41,435 nt of DNA from Fonticula-like sp. SCN 57-25 (lineage: Eukaryota): positions 1-41,435 of the forward strand of contig MEDX01000027.1 of NCBI GenBank assembly GCA_001724245.1, in the 5' to 3' direction. The notes under the pieces are model-generated. The model made no database searches and had not been told where the DNA came from. It saw only the letters and a list, made by a program, of their open reading frames with translations. Shown here one piece after another: positions 1-11,895 of this stretch (positions are counted from its first letter, which is position 1; every line of letters begins with the position of its first letter). Position numbers and translations under genes: made by a program.

Positions 1-335
1 AGCGAATACTTTAAAATGTCCATGCGCGCGGCGTGCAGCTCTGGCGGCCCCTCTGTAAAGAATTCTTCCTCTTCGCCTCCCTGCGCCTCGCTGGCGCTCT
101 CAGAAAACGACGCCAGGAACCGGGACAGCTCACTGTCGGTCAGGCAACTCATCTCCTCGCGCAGACGCTCGCGCCTATCGTGCGCATCTTCACCAAAAAG
201 ACAGATCGGATGGCCAAGCTCGCGCAAGCGCAACTTCACTTTGGCGTCATCGGTAGGCACGGGCAGCGACTTGGCGCGCTTGCGGCGCTCCAGCTCGGCC
301 AGCTCGGCGCTCATGAGCGGCGCCGACGCATCCAT
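1..335 (-). CDS. PRP4: U4/U6 snRNP protein Prp4, 5' part (runs off the window)
   Basis: Manual translation from ATG at 335: MDASAPLMSAELAELERRKRAKSLPVPTDDAKVKLRLRELGHPICLFGEDAHDRRERLRE...EEFFTEGPPELHAAR. This contains the PRP4/SFM motif VPTDDxxVxxxLRxLGxPIxLFGExxxxRRERLR. It is absent from the ORF track because no stop lies in the window. Confidence 0.9.
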   Translation of the reverse strand, partial: MDASAPLMSAELAELERRKRAKSLPVPTDDAKVKLRLRELGHPICLFGEDAHDRRERLREEMSCLTDSELSRFLASFSESASEAQGGEEEEFFTEGPPELHAARMDILKYS

Positions 336-491
336 GGCTGAACGATGCCGCTCGAGGTAAACTAACTGGGGTGTGCACCCTATATCAAGGAACAGGTAGT
401 CTACCCAGCGGTCGTTCCGGAATCGGTCCTGGGACCAATCGTCACACGACGTTCTGTTTGCCCAACCCCGCACTTTTTCACCGACGACGTG

Positions 492-2540
492 ATGAAGAGC
501 GTGAGCGTGGCGCTTGTCGCCTGCCTGGCGCTCATGGCCCCGCTGGCAGCGCATGCGTGGCGCGCCGGCTCGGGTTCTCGCACCATTCTCCCGCTGTACA
601 ACGGCACGACGGACTACCTCCGTGTCATCCCGGACACTGATTATGACGATCCGGGAGCCTTCATTGAGCGCTGGGATGCTGGCCGCATCAGCGTTGGCAA
701 CGGCGACATTCAGTCGCACTGGGTCCGCGACGACCTTCGCACTCAGTCGCTCGCCATTGAGGGCGACGACGGCGTGATCCTCGTCTTCTCCTCTACCGAA
801 GTCTACATGCTTTTTGCCCCTGATCTTGTCGAGTACATGGATCGCGTCCGCGCGGCCGTCGGCGACGACATGTATGCGCGCCTCCGTTTCCTTGGCCACG
901 GTCAGCACAACCATGAGGGCCCCGACACGTCAGGCCTTGGTGGACCGGTGAACCGCGAGTACATCGAGTACCTCTTTGACCAGATGGCCGCTGCCACGCT
1001 GGACGCCCTGGATTCGCTCGAGGATGTGACTGTACGCCCCCACCCCATTGTGTGCCGAAAACGGCTAACGAGTCACTGCTTTTAGCTCCAATTCGGCGAG
1101 GTTCCTCACAACTTTGGTCTTGGCGACGGCCGCGACCCGCGCGTATACGACAATCTTGTGCACATCATGCGCGCCATCCCGCTGGCTGGCGGCGCGCCCG
1201 TGGCCACGCTTGTGCAGTGGGGCATGCACCCGGAGATCACGATGAGCTGGGCGCCCAAGACGCCGTATGAAGACTGCGAGGTGCTCGGTGTTCCCGCTGA
1301 AGAGTGCACCGCCAAGGGCCAGTTCCTCACGGGCGACTACCCTGGCATCCTCCGTCGCGTCCTCAGCGGTACGCACTGCTCTTCGGCGTGAGCGATTCCA
1401 CTTACGCTATGCGTAGATCTTGACGGCTCCCGCGAGGTCATCTACTACAACGGCGCGATTGGTAGCCAGATTGGCCCGCGCGGCCCCGTTTGGGAGATCA
1501 CCGAGGAGCACCCGCTCGGCGACGGCACGACGCTCCCGGAGGGCGCCGTCTCTCTTGGCCGCTCCTTCCGCAAGGCGTTCCTCGTCGGCGAGCAGCTCGC
1601 CATTGCCGTTGCCAACGCCGAGACGCCGTATACCGTCCCCGAAGGCTCCATTGAGTACTCTAGCGCCAAGTCCTACTCGCGCATGACCAACCCGCTCTTC
1701 AAGATTGGTACGGTTCATTGCAAACGTATTTTGTTTCTTGCTGACTAACGATTGCCTTTCTGCTTAGGTCTTTGCCCTCAGAGCGTGCTTCCGCGCGGCG
1801 ACCCCACGATCCCCGCGGTGCTTGGCTACAACCTGCGCGACCTGTACATCTGCTCGGAGCCGGCCAATGACGCCAACTGCGTCTTTGACAACTACGAGTT
1901 TGATATGAACCCGCTGCCGATGCGCAAGGGCAACTTTGCGCGCATTGAGGTACACCTGGCGCGCCTCGGCCCGCTTCGTTTCGTCACGATTCCCGGCGAG
2001 ATGTCGCCCGAGCTGTCCATCGGCGTGCCGCTTGATTTCGACACGCCCGAGGGTACCGCCAAGTACTATGTGAACCCCGACGTCCACCCGACCGGCGAGG
2101 ACTATTACTTCCCGGGCACCATCAGCGCCATGCTCAACTGCACTACGGCCGAGCCGTGCTTTGTGCTCGGCCTTACTGGCGACGAGATGGGCTACATCCT
2201 CCCCATCAGCGACTGGCATCTCACCTGCCTCGCGAACGCCACCGACTGCCTCGCCGACCACGAGGCCGGCGCCATGGACTACTTTGACTCGATGGCCGGC
2301 GCCACCTGCGAGCGCATCATTGTCGACATTGAGGCGGCCCGCCAAGAGTACACCGAGCTGTACGGCGAGGAGACGGCCACCCGCGTCATCAGCGCCTGCA
2401 CGTGGGGCCAGGTCACCTACGACACCTCGGAGCACTACGAGGAGACCAACAGCGGCGGGTGGAATGGTGTCGACGACTATTTCAGGGGCCTCAGCGAGCT
2501 CCTCGGCGTCGAGCCGCACGGTCGCTACCAGCTCGAGTAA
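492..2540 (+). CDS. Secreted neutral/alkaline ceramidase-like metallohydrolase, 4 exons (introns 1032-1085, 1369-1416, 1708-1767)
   Basis: Signal peptide MKSVSVALVACLALMAPLAAHA. Motifs HNHEGPD, GMHPE, GDYPG, YYNGAIG, TIPGE, LGLTGDEMGYI and HYEETNS. GT-AG introns join the frames cleanly; strong C/G third-position codon bias. Confidence 0.7.
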
Positions 2541-2805
2541 GCAGGTTTAGAACGCTCTTTTTTGGGTTGTAGTCAATTCTTAGTGCAATTTGCTTGGTCT
2601 CGTTTCATTCCGATCTCCACGCAGGGTTAGTCGAAAAACAATAAACAATAAACGCTTTTAAAGTATTGTGTGCGTGTGAGCCCTGGCCTCACTTTGTTTC
2701 ATACTACATTGAATGGGGCTGCTGAATCGCAAGAATAAATGAAAGGGTGAACGAGACAAAAGCAACAAAGTCAGTCGAGGCTGAGCGACGGGAGAATGCA
2801 GTTGT

Positions 2806-4457
2806 CTACTTCTTGTTCAGTCTCCGCTGGCGAGCTATCACACACAGGTCAGATCAAATGACAAAAGGTCCATGCCTTCGTACCGAGGTCCTTGTTGCGG
2901 AAAATGAACTTGTCTGCCAAATTGCGGGTGCTTGTATCCTTGAACGTCATGCCAAACTTTTGGATCATCTTGTTATCCTCGAGAGCCTTGACCAGCTGCT
3001 TCTCGGCGCGCTGCGAGCTGGACACGCGCTGGTTCGTCAGGCGCATCTCCTGGATTACATCGTTGACCGCGATCATGGCCGCCATCGCCTCGAGTCCGTT
3101 CGGGCCGATGCTGCATCACCTCGCGTTAGACCGGCAGGTAGCAAGCCACAAACGTACTAGTTGCTCTCCACGTTCACGTTGTTAATGCTCTTGTTCGCCT
3201 TGAGTCCCTCGGCAATGGCGATGGCGCCGGCCTCCTTGAGGTTGCAGTTTGCAAGGAAAAGCTCAACGACCATGGTGTTGCGCGCGAGGGCCTTGCCCAG
3301 GCGAACCTGCAGCTGCTCGTCAAAGAACCTAGCAAAAAGTATCCTCTCGTCAGCATCGCAGCGTAGGTTATATTCAAGATGTGCGCACTCGTTGTTGTTA
3401 AAGTTGACCTGCCGACAGGCCATGCTGTCCTGCTCGACAAACTCGATGACGCGGAGCAGCTCCTGCTTGAACTCCTCCTTGCTCTCCTCGGTGGGCGCCT
3501 CATACGAGATGACGGCGTCGTTGCCCTTGACGGCCGCCGGAGCAGTGCCCTTAATCACCTCCGTCGTCGTGTCCGCAATGTTAAGCTCGATACCGAGGTC
3601 CTCGGCAAGCTGCGCCAGCTCTTCAGGCGACATGTTCGCGGCCAGGGCGTCCAGCTCGGGGTCACCCGTGCGCGGCACTGCACGCGCAGGCGGCGGCGTC
3701 ACGGAACGCGGCTTCTCAGCCTCCTTCACCTCGGGAGCAGCAACAACGGCAGGCGCGGCCTCGACAACCTCGACCGCAGCGGGCGCGGCAACAACAGGGG
3801 ACGCAACAGGCTCGGCCTCAGTAGTCGGCGACACGACGGCCTCAGCGGGCACAACAGGGGAAGCGGCCGGCTCAGAGGAAGCCACGGCGGCGGGGACCTC
3901 CTTAACCTCGGCAGCAGCGGCGAGCACGGGCGACGCATTGCGGGACGCCTTCTTGGGAGCAGGCGCGCCGCCGCCAAGCTCGGGAATGTCCTGAACCGGC
4001 GCCGACATGTCCGTTCCCTTGATGGCCTCCTCAACGGCGGCCTCGGTAAGCTGCTCGGGGGCGCTGATGTACACCATGGCGTGCATGAACGGGAGGATCT
4101 CCGAGATGGTGTGCTTGTGCGACGACGCCTTGGCCTTCTTGAGAGAGGGCGCAGAGTCGGACACATTCACAACAAGCACGTACACCTCCTCACCTGCGCG
4201 GGCCTGAATGTAGCCGTACGTCACATTCTAGCAAATAACGGGTCAGCTACACAATAGCGGCAGATGCAGCGAGGAAGGCACACCTCCTTGCCGAGCAAGT
4301 CGCGCGCGCCATCGATGCCGCCCGCGCCCGAGCCCAGCACCGTCAGCTTGTTGCGGGAGTCGCCATAACCAAGAACAAACCAGTTCTCGTTGTTCTCGTG
4401 GTGGCGAATGCGCAGGTACGCCGCCTTGATGGACGGATCAGAAGTGTCCAGAGTCAT
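2806..4457 (-). CDS. ADF-H (coactosin/drebrin-like) domain fused to a tropomodulin-like C-terminal half, 5 exons
   Basis: N-terminus ...AAYLRIRHHENNENWFVLGYG..KLTVLGSGAGGIDG..VTYGYIQ..KKAKASSHK is ADF-H-like. An Ala/Pro/Val/Glu-rich linker follows, then DPELDALAANMSPEELAQLAEDLGI and an LRR (NVNVESN, EMRLTNQ, KFGMTF, RNKDLARQRR) typical of tropomodulin. Confidence 0.85.
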
Positions 4458-4788
4458 TGCTGCAGCGTTCGCGGGGCAGGAGCAATCAGGAGAACAGAAA
4501 ACGGATGCGGTTTCCACAGCCGTTTCAAGATCGCTCGATATGGGTACAAAGTGATCAATGGAAATCAATCACTTTGCACCATCAAAGTGGCATCTTCCGA
4601 CTTTGCTATGGGGTCGCCTTGCAAGCCTTGCCGTCTGGGCAAATAAAGAAAGAAACCAATTCAAAGGTGGAAAAGGGCAGCCCCGGGGTCAATTCAGGCG
4701 ACTGTACTAGGCTGTTCAACTGTATCATTTGCAGTAGTATCCAGATATATTTAGTGTGTCAGATATGTACACATCAACTTGCATGTAT

Positions 4789-7700
4789 TTACACGTCAAT
4801 ATCCATATTGTTGTCGTGCCTTGCTCGGAGGGGGACCGGTTTGGCCAGGCGTACGGTAGCGAGCCCTGGGAGCTTCTCCTTTATCCCGGCGATGGCGGCC
4901 TCGGTTACATTGGTAATATCCAAACCAAGAGTTTCGAGAGAGCGAAACGAAGCCAGACAAGGAATGTCATCATCGGTGAGGGCTGTTCGACTAAGGTTCA
5001 ATACCTTGAGTGTCCTCACGACGCCCAACGAGGCGAGCGCCTGCAGCGCTTTCCCGGTGATGTTTGTTTCGGCGAGCGACAACGACCAAAGGTTATTAAG
5101 CGCGCTCAGCGCAGCCACTCCTTCATCAGAAACGCGCGTGCGCTCCAGGTGCAGCTCCTCCAGGTGCAAAAGATGACGTGAAATCGAGACGAGCGATTTG
5201 TCGGTGATGTGCGAACCCGTCAGGACAAGCGTGCGCAGCGATGCGGGGGTGCCGCCGGGCGATGAGCAAATGGCAGCGACGCCGGCGTCCGTAAGGCCGG
5301 GAAAGCTGGAGAGCTCCAGAGACACAAGGGATAGCCGCGAACCTAGCAAAGTGAGAGTTAACAAACAGTCTGTTTCGGCCACAACACACCTTGCCCCATG
5401 ATAAAGGTTAGCAGCGCGTCGATGTCAAGCTCGCGGCTGGGAAAGGTCAATGTATGCAGCGATCCACATTCTGCAGGATGTGAGAAAAAGTCTGAAATTG
5501 AAACAGTGCGCACCGCGAAGCGGCAGTAAATCCTCGACCTCGAGGCCTGTGCCGTCCAAAAAGAGCTCCAGGAGAGTCGGGAGTGCCGCGACGCACTCAA
5601 AATGCCGCCCGTCGACTAGGCAGTTTCGAATGGAAAGGCGGCGCAGCTCCTTGAAGCCACCTCTGAACGACAATAGATCTTTCAAGTTGGTCTGTTCCAT
5701 GATCAGTGTCTGCAGACTCGGCAAGGCTGGCTCTGGCGTCAATAAAAAGAACCAAAAGTAGTGGACGTACGCGCGAGCGCCAAAAGGACCTTTCTCGTAA
5801 TCCCCGGGCACTGGCTGATATCAAGCGTCTCCAACTTGTGCAAATGCTCGACAAGCACAGCAATGCCTGCGTCGGTCACCCTTGTTCCCGCCAGCTTCAC
5901 CTCTCGCAGCTCGCGCAGCCCTAGCGACCCCGCAATGTAAGCCCGCCGCCAGAAAAGGCCGCAATAGCGCACCTGCCAAGTGCTTTACGCCCTCGTTGGT
6001 GACTGTGCAGTACGACAAATCGAGCCGCATGAGTCGCGCCGCGCGCGCAAGGGTTGCCACACCGGCGTCCGTCACGTACGACGACGACCGGACCGAGAGG
6101 TCCAATAGCGCGCGACACTCGGCCGCTGCAGCGACGAGTTCATTGGTAGCGCCCGCGTAGCCATCGAGGCTCACGCGAGGCACGCCACCGCCGCTGCCGC
6201 GACCCAACAGCAAGAGGTTACTGCGGTCGAGGCGGTTGGAGGCGCGCAGGTTCTGGACCACAGCCACTGCAGTTGAGCCATGAAGCTGCCTAAGTGAAAT
6301 CTTGCGCGACAACTGCGGATCGCACAACAAATCTGCAAGGGAAAGCATGAGCGACCGATACAAACCTGAAAATACAGAGATGTACCGCACAGCCGACCTA
6401 TGCACAGCATCTGCAGCGACCGGATTTTGCCTCGCACGGGCGTTGGGCGTTGAATTGCCACCGGCGCGGGCGCTGCTACCGCGCTGGTGGCAGCGCGCTG
6501 TGCAATCACGTCGGCCTACATCACAGTAAGCAGCAGGAACAAAACGTAAATATATGAAACGCACTCGAAGCCTCCTTGTTGCCGCGTCGACTTGAGCAAC
6601 TGGCTCGTTCACTCCTTGCAATTCGGTTGCCTGCGGCCCTGCGGTGCTGCCCAATGTCTGACCGACGCCCCACTGCCGCACGCGCCTCGCCGGCCTCCCT
6701 ATTCCCCTCCCAAATTGGTCCACGATGTTGTGTGGTTGGTCGGCGGGCGCAATATTTGTGCGTTGCCGGTGTGGCACCGCCGGCCCGTGGTCATCCTCGT
6801 CTGTGTCGTCAGAATCACTCGCCGACGCGTCCATATCCACATCGTCGTCTTCTTCTTCTTCCTCCTCCTCCTCTTGCTGTTCTTCTTCAGATAAAGGACG
6901 GCGTCGAGAAAAAGGACCAGAATGGCTTGTGCTAATTTCCTCGTTCTCTGTGCGATCGATGGGTGCCGCAACAGGTTCGGCCGCAACGACCGGTCGCACA
7001 ACGACCAGGGACGCGTTCGGCACGAGCCCTGCGTCGGCCAAGCTCATCTCGCCGTCGTCAAACTTGTGCGGTGGAAACTGCCTGAAAAGCGCCGCACCCT
7101 CTACTGCAATGTGCTCACCCGGGTGCGCCTTGCGGATTGCCTCGAGCACGTCGGCGATGCGTGCGCTCGCATCAAAGGTCGCACGAAATTCGCTGCCGCT
7201 CGGCAGGCGCACTTTGAGCGCCGCCGTCGGGCTCCCCGACGCGGCCATCGCGGGTGTAGCACCCGCTGCCACAGCTTCGACATTGTCCTTGCTGGATGGC
7301 GCGCGGGGAGGCGCACAGGCAAGGCGGCGCTGCTTGTCTGCCTCGATTTCGAGCCGGACAAGCTCCGCGGCGCGACGGTCGTCCGCGCGCTTGCTCTTGG
7401 CAATGCTCGTCGCTTCGTCCACAATGCGCTGGTGCTCGCGTTCAAGCTGCTTTTCACGGTCGGTGAAGCGCGCAAAGCGACTCCGCACCGCTTCGTCAAC
7501 AGGATGCTCGGCCGACGACGGTGCTGGAGGCGGCTCGAGCGGCGTGTCCCAGTTGATAGTGATCGGCGTCTGTTTGGAAGGACTTGGCACTTCGGGTGGT
7601 GATGCGGACAAACGAGGCCCACCGCGCGCGCCGAGCTGAAGAGTCGCGGGAGCAGCAGCAGCGGCATCGAATCGGCCGCCGACCGAAGACGCGGCAAGGA

Positions 7701-7873
7701 TGCTGTCACCATCGCCCCTGTTAACCGGCCGAAGCAAAAAACCAAGAAGCGATTCCGTACGTTGCAACAAGGCGGCTGATGTCGGCTTCAGGCTCTTGTG
7801 CAATGGCTTGTGCCGCCGTCTGTACGTCAAAGCCCATGGCAGCGAGCTGCGCTATACGATCGTCGTCCGCCAT
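4789..7873 (-). CDS. UBA-UBX-LRR (AMN1/FBXL-type repeats) multidomain protein, multi-exon
   Basis: Starts MADDDRIAQLAAMGFD (UBA MGF loop). A coiled coil (IEADKQRR) precedes a UBX domain (LKVRLPSG..F..QFPP..SLADAGLVPNASLVV). An acidic tract and many LxxLxLxxTxVTDxG repeats follow. All junctions checked are GT-AG. Confidence 0.8.
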
Positions 7874-7917
7874 GCCAGGCCCCTTGTCGACAGCACGAAT
7901 GGTGACGTAAACACATC

Positions 7918-7926
7918 TCACGTGAC
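7918..7926. promoter_or_regulatory. E-box (TCACGTGAC) in the 111-bp divergent promoter between the UBX-LRR gene and NEDD1
   Basis: Palindromic CACGTG core near the centre between two head-to-head ATGs (7873 and 7985). Function is inferred only. Confidence 0.35.
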
Positions 7927-7984
7927 CGAGCTTGAACCGATCAAGTGCGATTCAAACGGTTTTGAGTTTGGAGGATCGCGCGCC

Positions 7985-10162
7985 ATGACCGAAGGGGTGA
8001 GCGGCGCTCCGCTTCTTTCCGTTTCGGGCTCGGTATCCGTATGGCGCGACGCGTCCGGTGGTCTTTTACACTCGTGCAATGCGGTAAGAAGCGGCGCGAG
8101 CACGTGCGCAGCACCGAGGTCCACACCCACTGGCGGTTACGCGGTAGGGACGGCGCAGGGCACGATCGAACTGCTCTCGGCATCTGGGGCGGTGGAGAGG
8201 AGCCTCGTGGCTTCGCCCGGTGCTGCCGTGCGCGCGATATGCTTTGACAGGCAGGCGCGGTATCTTTGGGCGGCCGGCGAGGCGACAAAGGTGGTGCTCT
8301 TTGATCTCTCAGACCAAGCCAGGTCGACGCCGCGCGCGGCTTTGATGGTACGCAGCACCACGCTTGTTTCAAATGCTAATGACGGGCTCACTGTGTGACG
8401 ACAGTCGCTTGAGGCGCCTGCGACGAGCGTTGCGCTCAACAGGATCGAGACGCATCTTGCCGTGTCGACCGCTGCCGGCCACATCGTCGTCTACGACTTG
8501 ACGACTCACCGTTCCACGTCGCTCATAACTGAAACGACGCAACGCATCTCGGCCATCGCGTTCAACCCGTATCGCCCTAAACTTTTGGCCGCCGCCTGCG
8601 AGGACGGTAGCGTGCGCCTCTTTGACGTCGCGGCGTCCCTGCTCCCGCTTCATACCTTTGAGGCGGCGCACAGCGCATCGTGCACCGGCCTCGCGTTCTC
8701 GACTCAGTACAAGATGGTTATGGCGTCCGTGGGGTTGGACGACTGCATCGTCCTCTATGATGTAGAGAAGAAGACGTGCGCAGTTTGTTCCATGAAACAT
8801 TCTCTCATTGCGTTGACGTTGGTAGGGTGCTGCGGACGTTCTCTGCCAATGTGCCGATGGTGTCCGTGACGTTTCGACCCGATGGCCGCATCTGCGCCGG
8901 CTCGACAACAGGTGCGCCTTGTTATCCTGCGCAGCGATTTGTACCGGGCTGACCAGCGTTGTTCTTAACCGCGCCCCTTAGGCTTGATCATTACGTATGA
9001 CTTGAAGCAAGGAAAGACAACTGCTTCATTCGAGGCCGACAAGGACGGCGCGCCGGTGTCATTTATTGCGTCCATGGTGTGTACTTTTCCAATTGTGTTT
9101 TGATTCTAACCCTTTTTGCAGCTCGTTTCGGCTGGCGCCTCCGCAACTTCCCCTGCCGGCGGCCCGTCAAAGGACTTGGCGAGCCAGGCGGCCAAGCCGA
9201 GCCCTGCCACTGGGGCGAGGCCTGCAGCCTTGAGTTCTGTAGCGTCCTCGACCGCGCAGTCACCGACGACGCGCTCGCCGACAATGGCGCCGCTCTTTGG
9301 GCCGCGCGACGGCGAGGCGGCGCCCGCGGCCGACGGGGACGCTGTGCTCAGCGCCAGGGCGCCGGTCGAGGAGGACCCGCTTGTGGTCAAACCCCGGCCC
9401 GGGTTGGTCCTGGTGCAAGGCGAGGCGGGAGCAGCAAAGGTCGCCTCGACGGCGCCACCACAAAGGGCGGTTGAAACTCCGCAGCCGGTGCAGAATCATC
9501 AAGCCGCCGCTGCGCAGAAGCAGACGCGGCCGGCAACGTCAGAATCGGCGCCTGGTACGCCAAAACTGTTTTATGCGAATGGCGATGAGCCTCTGCCGCC
9601 GCTCGACTTTGGCACAACGAAATCATCAGCCGCTGCGGCGGCGGCGAAGTCTACAGCGTCTGCGGTTGAAACAGCGTCTCCTGTCCACGAGAACGGCGCG
9701 TTGGGTGCGCTGAAGGGACCAGCGACAGGGTCTTTGACCCCTGCTCCCGCGGCAGAGCCCTCCGCGGCGCGTATCGGCGACAATAAATTAGCGGCCGCGG
9801 TGCCGAGTTCGCCGAGCGGAGAGTATGAGGTGAGGCGGACGGCCGAATCGCGGTCTGTGTCTGGGTCGAGTGCCGCCATGGCCGCAGCGGCAGCAGTGGC
9901 TGCAGCAGCGTCGAGCCGCAATGCCTCGATATCGCTTTCCGACCGGCAGATGCTGGTTGGCGTGGTCGAGGAGGCGGTGGAGCGGATGCGGATCGGCATC
10001 CATCAAGATATGCAAAACATGCATCTGGAGATTTTGAGACAGTTTTATTTGCAGCAGCGGGAAATGGAGAAGCTCGTGAAGCGGATGGTTCCCACTGAGG
10101 AGCTTTTGGAAGAGTTGCGAATGTTGCGGGAGGAGAACGATAGGCTCAGGAAGACGTACTAG
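7985..10162 (+). CDS. NEDD1: NEDD1/GCP-WD gamma-tubulin ring complex targeting factor, multi-exon
   Basis: N-terminal WD40 repeats (AHSASCTGLAFS..MASVGLDDCIVLYD), a low-complexity linker, and the diagnostic C-terminal helix DMQNMHLEILRQF..LLEELRMLREENDRLRKTY. Confidence 0.9.
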
Positions 10163-10217
10163 ACTAACGATTATCGGTGTATTTAATAATGATATTATAC
10201 AAAACATATATGGACAT

Positions 10218-11166
10218 TTAGGGCTTGGTGTTAGAGGGTGTACGACCGCAGGGTCCGCTTCGGCGCTGCGGGGATGTAGCCTCTGATCAGCTGGAGCGTC
10301 CACCAAAAGTTGAGCGAGCCCAGCGCGGTCTATCACGACGAATGTAAGCAAGAGCGGCGACAACTGTAAAACGAACCATGTTGATCAAGGACGCGGTGAT
10401 AACAAACCAGTGCGTCTGCCTGACATTCTTGACGAAGTCGCCCTTGTCCAGCGCGTACTTGATGGCCCACGGCCAAACAAACGTCCTAAAGACGAGCACG
10501 GTTAGGAGCCTCACGAGCAGGAGATTCCCCTCTGCCTTGGACCCCTTCCAGTCGGGGCGCGCCCTCTGCATGACCCACAGCAGGTTCTGCGGGATCACCG
10601 ACATCTCGGTGATGGAAAACGCCGCCGGGAAGAAGGGCGCCTGGCGGAAGCACATCATGAAAAAGCACCCCAGGGCCTCGAGAATGTGGTGCATCCACAT
10701 GACGGCGCCGTCCTCCCGGTGGATGGCCATGACGACCATGTCGTAGAGGGCGTATCCAAGCGTGGTGCTAAAGAGAACATCGAGTTGCTTCGGGTATGGC
10801 CGAAACACGTCCTTTTCAAACGAACGCCGATGAAAGATGATGTCGATCGCCAGCAGCGAGACCGCCGCTCCATGCAGCGAGGACACAACCTTGTTGGGGA
10901 TATGGTATGAGAGGTCCGACGGCGAGAGGCGGTTCAGTGATGGGAAGAGCTTGGGGAGGAGACCGCGGGCGACGACATGCGTAACGGCGCACGACCCAAG
11001 GACCTTGAGTGCCCGCTCAATGAACTCGCGGCGAACGGCAAATCGGCGCTTTCTCAAATCCTGTTTCACTACATGTTAGAGTGGAGGTAGGAGGAGCGTA
11101 GTGGCGTACCTCGGGGAGCGAGGGCGGCGGCAGCTCGCTCGTCGATCCAGTGGCCCCGTGCGCCAT
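10218..11166 (-). CDS. TLC (TRAM-LAG1-CLN8) domain membrane protein, 3 exons
   Basis: Motifs VVSSLHG, GYALYDM, MWMHHI, TEMSVIPQNLLW and LNFWW, with multiple hydrophobic helices. First intron 11061-11109; second intron near 10331-10377. Confidence 0.85.
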
Positions 11167-11895
11167 TGTTGCCAGGAGCGAAGTGGAAGTGCCTAAACTT
11201 TGCAAACTATGGTGCAAACTATCGTATGATTGGGAGGGAAATCATGTGAATGCATTCCTCTTCTCCTGTATGTTCTCGCTGAACAAGCCGATATATGGGA
11301 AGCTGCAATAATATATCTACACAAGCAAATACCGTACATTATACCCCAATACCAGTATTTTCTTTGTTAAAGAGATATCGCAGCTTGTAACTTGTCGTTT
11401 ATAAATTATTTGTATCAGTCAGTGGCTTTTGACGAGAACTCGGAAACATACTATCTAGAAAATATTGCAAGAATGGTATTGGCTGCATTCTATCATTCAT
11501 GTGTTTGGCGCTGTATTATACAATACCAGGTACTATACAGTAGCGGAATACTGTATTGTACTGCGCTGCCCTGCGATACCCGAAGGTGGCTCAAATGCGT
11601 GGACCTATCCAATTGGTCCAATAATGAAAATAAGCAAGCTGATTGGTTGATATTAACCCATAATAACGTCACTTGCCTCCGCGTTTGCCGACGGGCAATC
11701 GACAACACCAGGCACCGCGTTCTCGTCTTTGCCCTTCCTTCGCGTCGGAGAAGGAGCTTGCGATACCCATCGTCGAAGCACATTGTTATTGATTCTGCCA
11801 AGCGTTCCTTTCGGCCACGTCGGGAAACGCGTGCTTGTGGGCCTTTGGCGCCGATTTGAAAGCCTAGCCAAGTAATCCTAGACTCGCAGCTTACG

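Noticed and set aside
3329-3388. Apparent peptide insertions inside ORFs (CAHLEYNLRCDADERILFAR here; similar at ~21022-21072 in TTC39)
   Set aside because: They are stop-free introns of 3n length with GTRCG donors and YAG acceptors, not protein insertions.
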